In this document: in pieces, positions 57,244 to 64,000 of the stretch | How positions within the stretch are numbered: the first letter of the stretch is position 1 | Layout: each line of letters begins with the position of its first letter | Assembly: GCA_965197375.1 (NCBI GenBank) | Contig: CBDAMZ010000008.1 | Coordinates: 229,398 to 293,397 of the forward strand | DNA length: 64,000 bases | Reading direction: 5' to 3' | From: Vicinamibacterales bacterium | GTDB taxonomy: Bacteria; Acidobacteriota; Vicinamibacteria; Vicinamibacterales; UBA8438 | Translations under genes and position numbers: made by a program | Notes under the pieces: generated by a model | Told to the model about the DNA's origin: nothing | Seen by the model: the letters and a program-made list of their open reading frames with translations, nothing else | Database searches by the model: none

Positions 57244-58509
57244 ATGCGTCTGACCGTGACGGCCACGCTACTGCTCACCGTGACTGGTTTCGCCTGCGGG
57301 GGGGCCAATTCCGCAACGCCGGAAGAACGGCGCGAGGCGGAGTCCGTCGAACGGGCCCGTGCCATTCATGAGCGCGTGTTGACGATTGATACGCACGACG
57401 ACATCCCCTTCAATTTTGCAACGCCAGAGGTCGACCCCGGGATACGGGGCGATCGCCAAGTTGATTTACCTAAGATGCGCGAGGGTGGGCTCGACGCGGC
57501 GTTCTTCGTCGTCTACGTCGGTCAAACCGAGCGGACGCCGGAGAACTACGAGAAGGCCAAAACCGACGCCATGAGGAAGTTCGAGGCAATCCATCGTATG
57601 GCCGAGCAGATGTATCCGGACCAGATAGAGATTGCTTATACGGTAGACGACTTCGAGCGGATTGCGACAAGCGGCAAGCTCGTGGCGGCGATCGGCATCG
57701 AGAACGGTTACATCATCGGCAAAGATCTGTCACTGCTGCAGAAATACCACGAGTTGGGGGCGCGCTACATCACCCTGGCGCACGGTGGTCACAATGACAT
57801 AGCCGATTCTTCGACCCCACGCGAAAATCTTGGCGATGCCGAGACCGAGCACGGTGGTCTAAGTGCATTCGGCAAAGCGGTCATCGATGAAATGAACCGC
57901 CTCGGCATGATGGTTGACGTTTCGCACATCTCGAAGCAGGCCATGCTGGACGCCGCCCGCGTCTCGCAAGCTCCAGTTATTGCATCGCACTCCAGCACGA
58001 GAGCATTGTGTGACCATCCGAGGAACATGGACGACGAGCAACTCATGGCGCTCGAGGAAAACGGTGGTGTCATACAGACGGTGGCGCTCGGCGCCTTCGT
58101 TTCTGAGCGAGCTGGCCGTCGACGTCAGGCGTTCACCCGACTCCTCGATGAGTTTGGACTGGTTGCTGGCGAAGCCCCAGAGGTACTGGGGGAGGAAATG
58201 CACTTGGACTACCAGGGTCGATTCGCGGCGCTGGACAAACAGTACCCGGCGGCGACGGTCGCCGATTTCGCTGATCACATCGAACACGCGGTCCATCTGA
58301 TCGGTATCGACCATGTTGGTATTAGCTCCGACTTCGACGGTGGCGGCGGTGTTGAGGGGTGGAACGACGCGAGCGAAACGTTCAACGTCACACTTGAGCT
58401 CGTCCGCCGGAGCTACACCGAAGAGGCAATTGCCAAGCTATGGGGTGGTAACTTACTACGGGTCCTGCGCGAAGCCGAGCGAGTGGCTCGGGAGCTGCAG
58501 GGGAACTAG
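57244..58509 (+). CDS. M19 membrane dipeptidase (lipoprotein)
   Basis: SD GAGGAGG then ATG 57244, lipobox GFAC, DTHDD, IENG, DVSH, ASHS, RNMDD, SDFDGGG. Confidence 0.94.
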   Translation: MRLTVTATLLLTVTGFACGGANSATPEERREAESVERARAIHERVLTIDTHDDIPFNFATPEVDPGIRGDRQVDLPKMREGGLDAAFFVVYVGQTERTPENYEKAKTDAMRKFEAIHRMAEQMYPDQIEIAYTVDDFERIATSGKLVAAIGIENGYIIGKDLSLLQKYHELGARYITLAHGGHNDIADSSTPRENLGDAETEHGGLSAFGKAVIDEMNRLGMMVDVSHISKQAMLDAARVSQAPVIASHSSTRALCDHPRNMDDEQLMALEENGGVIQTVALGAFVSERAGRRRQAFTRLLDEFGLVAGEAPEVLGEEMHLDYQGRFAALDKQYPAATVADFADHIEHAVHLIGIDHVGISSDFDGGGGVEGWNDASETFNVTLELVRRSYTEEAIAKLWGGNLLRVLREAERVARELQGN

Positions 58510-58602
58510 CTTTCTAGGGGGGGGATAACACCAAGATCCGGCGCATCAGTAACGTGACGATCTGTGGCCACGCAGCCTGCCCAGTAGTATTGATGCGCTT
58601 CT

Positions 58603-61591
<2,989 letters not shown>

Positions 61592-61601
61592 GCGCCGAGG
61601 A

Positions 61602-62222
61602 TTGAGTCGGCGATGTCCCTGCTGGATCTGGCGATCGCGCCAGATACGACCGAAGCAGGTCATCAGCTGGAGGTTGCGGCGTTACAGTAAAGTAGTCAGC
61701 ATGCCGAAGAGCACGTTTCAGCGTTGCCGTGTCCTCGGAACGAAGTATCACCGAAGCGCGACTGTGCTTGTCACGACACTTCTATTCAGCGCCACACTTT
61801 CGACCAACATGGCGACACATGAGCGCCAAGACACATATGCCCCCATTATTACGACACTTGGGACGCGTGCATTCGACATCGAGTATGAACTCTGGTACTA
61901 CATCGGCGTCGTCTTCGAATCGGAAGTCAAGAAGAAAGCGGACGGCTATGAGTATAGATACCGGCTGACAAACAAAGGTGACACGCAGGTACGCGTTGAG
62001 TGGCGTGCTCTCGAAGACAGTGCCTTCGGCGACTCGGCAGACAACATCGAAGAACTGCGAATGGGCTTGTTAGACCCAGACGCCGTCTCCGAATGGCTCG
62101 TACTTACGAGCCAGGCCGCTCCTCGGATAAGTAAGCTATCAGCGAATATATTCGGAAATAAACCCGCCGGCAGTGAATCGGCCCAACATAGTGGGCCAGC
62201 TCAAGCCTACGTGCCAGAATAG
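61602..62222 (+). CDS. Hypothetical protein, possibly exported beta-rich
   Basis: Hydrophobic stretch VLVTTLLFSATLS followed by beta-strand-like sequence; true start probably downstream of 61602. Confidence 0.5.
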   Translation: MSRRCPCWIWRSRQIRPKQVISWRLRRYSKVVSMPKSTFQRCRVLGTKYHRSATVLVTTLLFSATLSTNMATHERQDTYAPIITTLGTRAFDIEYELWYYIGVVFESEVKKKADGYEYRYRLTNKGDTQVRVEWRALEDSAFGDSADNIEELRMGLLDPDAVSEWLVLTSQAAPRISKLSANIFGNKPAGSESAQHSGPAQAYVPE

Positions 62223-62291
62223 AGGCTCAACAGCCTTAAACCTTATCGAATCGAAGCAGTTCCTCGGGGGCGGTCCGATTGTAAGGTTTGG

Positions 62292-62897
62292 TCAGGTGGC
62301 CTCTGGGGTCTTCCTGAGGTGTTCGTTCAGAAAGGTCCGCAACGCGCGAAACGCCTTACCCCGGTGACTGACGGCGGCCTTAGCCTCGGCGGAGACCTCG
62401 GCCAGCGTGCGGTCGTACGGTGGATAGAAAAAGATCGGATCGTAGCCGAAACCGCCGGTCCCTCGTGGTGCTCGGGAAATGTATCCTTCGATCATGCCAG
62501 AGGTCTCGAAAATTACCCGCGCACCGTCGGCGACGGCGAGCGCGCACACGAACCGAGCCGCGCTCGTAGGAGAACCGCGCGCTCGGAGCTTGGCATAGAT
62601 CGTAGCGAACTTCTCTGCGTACGATTCGCCGTTGAACCGCGACGACAGCAGGCCCGGCGCGCCGTTGAGCGCGCCGATTTCGAGGCCAGAATCCTCGGCC
62701 ACCGTCAAATCAGAAAAGTGCCTAGCGTAATGCAGTACCTTGAGGCGGGCGTTGTCTGCGAACGTCTGGCCAGTCTCCTCTGGCGTACTAATGCCCAATC
62801 GGCGATCCAGTATGTCGATCTGGATCGGCAAACCGGTCAGGATGGCCTGGATTTCAGTGATCTTGTGCGGATTGGTAGTTGCGAGGACAAGCTTCAT
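62292..62897 (-). CDS. rdgB: Non-canonical purine NTP pyrophosphatase
   Basis: ATTNPHK, EDSGL, GFGYDPIF, SHRG; downstream of rph. Confidence 0.96.
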   Translation of the reverse strand: MKLVLATTNPHKITEIQAILTGLPIQIDILDRRLGISTPEETGQTFADNARLKVLHYARHFSDLTVAEDSGLEIGALNGAPGLLSSRFNGESYAEKFATIYAKLRARGSPTSAARFVCALAVADGARVIFETSGMIEGYISRAPRGTGGFGYDPIFFYPPYDRTLAEVSAEAKAAVSHRGKAFRALRTFLNEHLRKTPEAT

Positions 62898-62933
62898 ACT
62901 TCGACAGGTTCAGGACTAACGGAGTCGAAGCGC

Positions 62934-63677
62934 TCAGACCGGACCTAGGTACTGTCCCACGATTGCACGCTGTAGTTCGACGAGCTGCTTAATTGCGGTA
63001 TCTGCAAGTGCCAGGAGTTCTTGCAGGGCATCGAGGCCGAACGGCGCGCCCTCGGCCGTGCCTTGCACCTCGATGAAACGCCCATCCCCTGTTTTTACGA
63101 CATTCATGTCGACTGCTGCTTTGGAGTCCTCTTCGTAAGCAAGATCGGTCACGGCGCGGCCGTCGACGATGCCAACGCTGATCGCCGCGACGTAATCATC
63201 GATCGGCAACCGCTTGATGACCCCATTCTCGCGTAGCTTGTTGAGCGCCAGCACCAGTGCCACGAAGCCGCCGGTGATCGACGCCGTTCGGGTGCCACCG
63301 TCCGCCTGGATGACATCGCAGTCGATCCAGATACTGCGCTCTCCTAGCTCGTCGAGACGCGTGACCGCCCGCAGCGAGCGACCGATCAATCGCTGGATTT
63401 CCTGGGTGCGCCCACCCACCCGGCCAGACGAGGCCTCCCTGGCCGAGCGCGTCGACGTCGAGCGTGGCAACATCCCGTACTCGGATGTCACCCACCCTTT
63501 TCCCGTCCCGCGACGGAAGGGCGGTACCCGATCCTCAACGCTCGCCGCACAGATAACCCGCGTCTGGCCTGCTTCGACTAAGACCGATCCTTCCGCGTGC
63601 ATCAGATAGTTAGGGGTGAGCGTTGTGGGGCGTAGGTCAGCCTGGCGGCGCTGGTCGAATCGAACCGTGTCGGTCAT
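62934..63677 (-). CDS. rph: Ribonuclease PH
   Basis: [44 protein letters not shown]. Confidence 0.97.
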   Translation of the reverse strand: MTDTVRFDQRRQADLRPTTLTPNYLMHAEGSVLVEAGQTRVICAASVEDRVPPFRRGTGKGWVTSEYGMLPRSTSTRSAREASSGRVGGRTQEIQRLIGRSLRAVTRLDELGERSIWIDCDVIQADGGTRTASITGGFVALVLALNKLRENGVIKRLPIDDYVAAISVGIVDGRAVTDLAYEEDSKAAVDMNVVKTGDGRFIEVQGTAEGAPFGLDALQELLALADTAIKQLVELQRAIVGQYLGPV

Positions 63678-63692
63678 GGGTTGTGAGGGGCG

Positions 63693-64000
63693 CTACCCGT
63701 TGGCCGAGGCCTGGTCCTCGATCGCGGGTTCCACGACCCACTTCAGGTTTGGTCCCAGTGGCTGACGTAGATCGATGTGGCCCGCCAGGGTATCGACCTC
63801 CTGTCCCTCGACGAGGATTTGTACGGCTTTGATTTCTGGCACGTTGATCGTTAACGCGTTTACAAGGGCGTAGATAGTGAATAGCTCTTCAAGTGATCCG
63901 CCCGAGTGGGCCGTTGTAACCTCACGACTCAGGTCGACGAACGCATTGCCGTCCTCGGCGAGGTAAATTGCACGCAACTTGGAGCCTTCGGGGAACGGAG
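63693..64000 (-). CDS. GerMN domain protein (partial, runs off window end)
   Basis: AFVDLS, GGSLEELFTIYALVNAL, VQILVEG, TLAGHIDL; upstream of rph. Confidence 0.85.
   Translation of the reverse strand, partial: PFPEGSKLRAIYLAEDGNAFVDLSREVTTAHSGGSLEELFTIYALVNALTINVPEIKAVQILVEGQEVDTLAGHIDLRQPLGPNLKWVVEPAIEDQASANG

Noticed and set aside
56998-57365. Long overlapping N-terminal extensions of the TetR and dipeptidase ORFs
   Set aside because: They are antisense shadows of each other; SD, lipobox and HTH position give starts at 57244 and 57116.

Overview
About 60% GC chromosomal window from a diderm bacterium. An Acidobacteriota (Vicinamibacterales-like) origin is inferred from gene content, not proven. 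A housekeeping backbone (lpxB, queG, rsgA, dinB, ettA, udk, otsB, ligA, rdgB, rph) surrounds a ~17 kb periplasmic redox island at 10.4-27.6 kb. The island holds an atypical PQQ dehydrogenase with a convergent cytochrome c, an orphan maleate isomerase, and an uncharacterised secreted module (a DUF6152-like His-His protein plus three paralogous two-Cys proteins). It also holds a complete, intact quinohemoprotein amine dehydrogenase cluster (cyt c-qhpG-A-D-C-B-F-E). The gamma subunit (QhpC) keeps all canonical crosslink and CTQ residues but has a fifth Cys in a C-x5-D motif and a Pro/Gln-rich insert. An IS3-family element with a 4-bp target duplication borders the island. At least seven accessory genes are broken by frameshifts, stops or deletions, while housekeeping and qhp genes are intact. 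Two candidate structured RNAs and a recurring leaderless-promoter geometry were also seen. All family assignments come from motif recognition by eye; no database searches were run.
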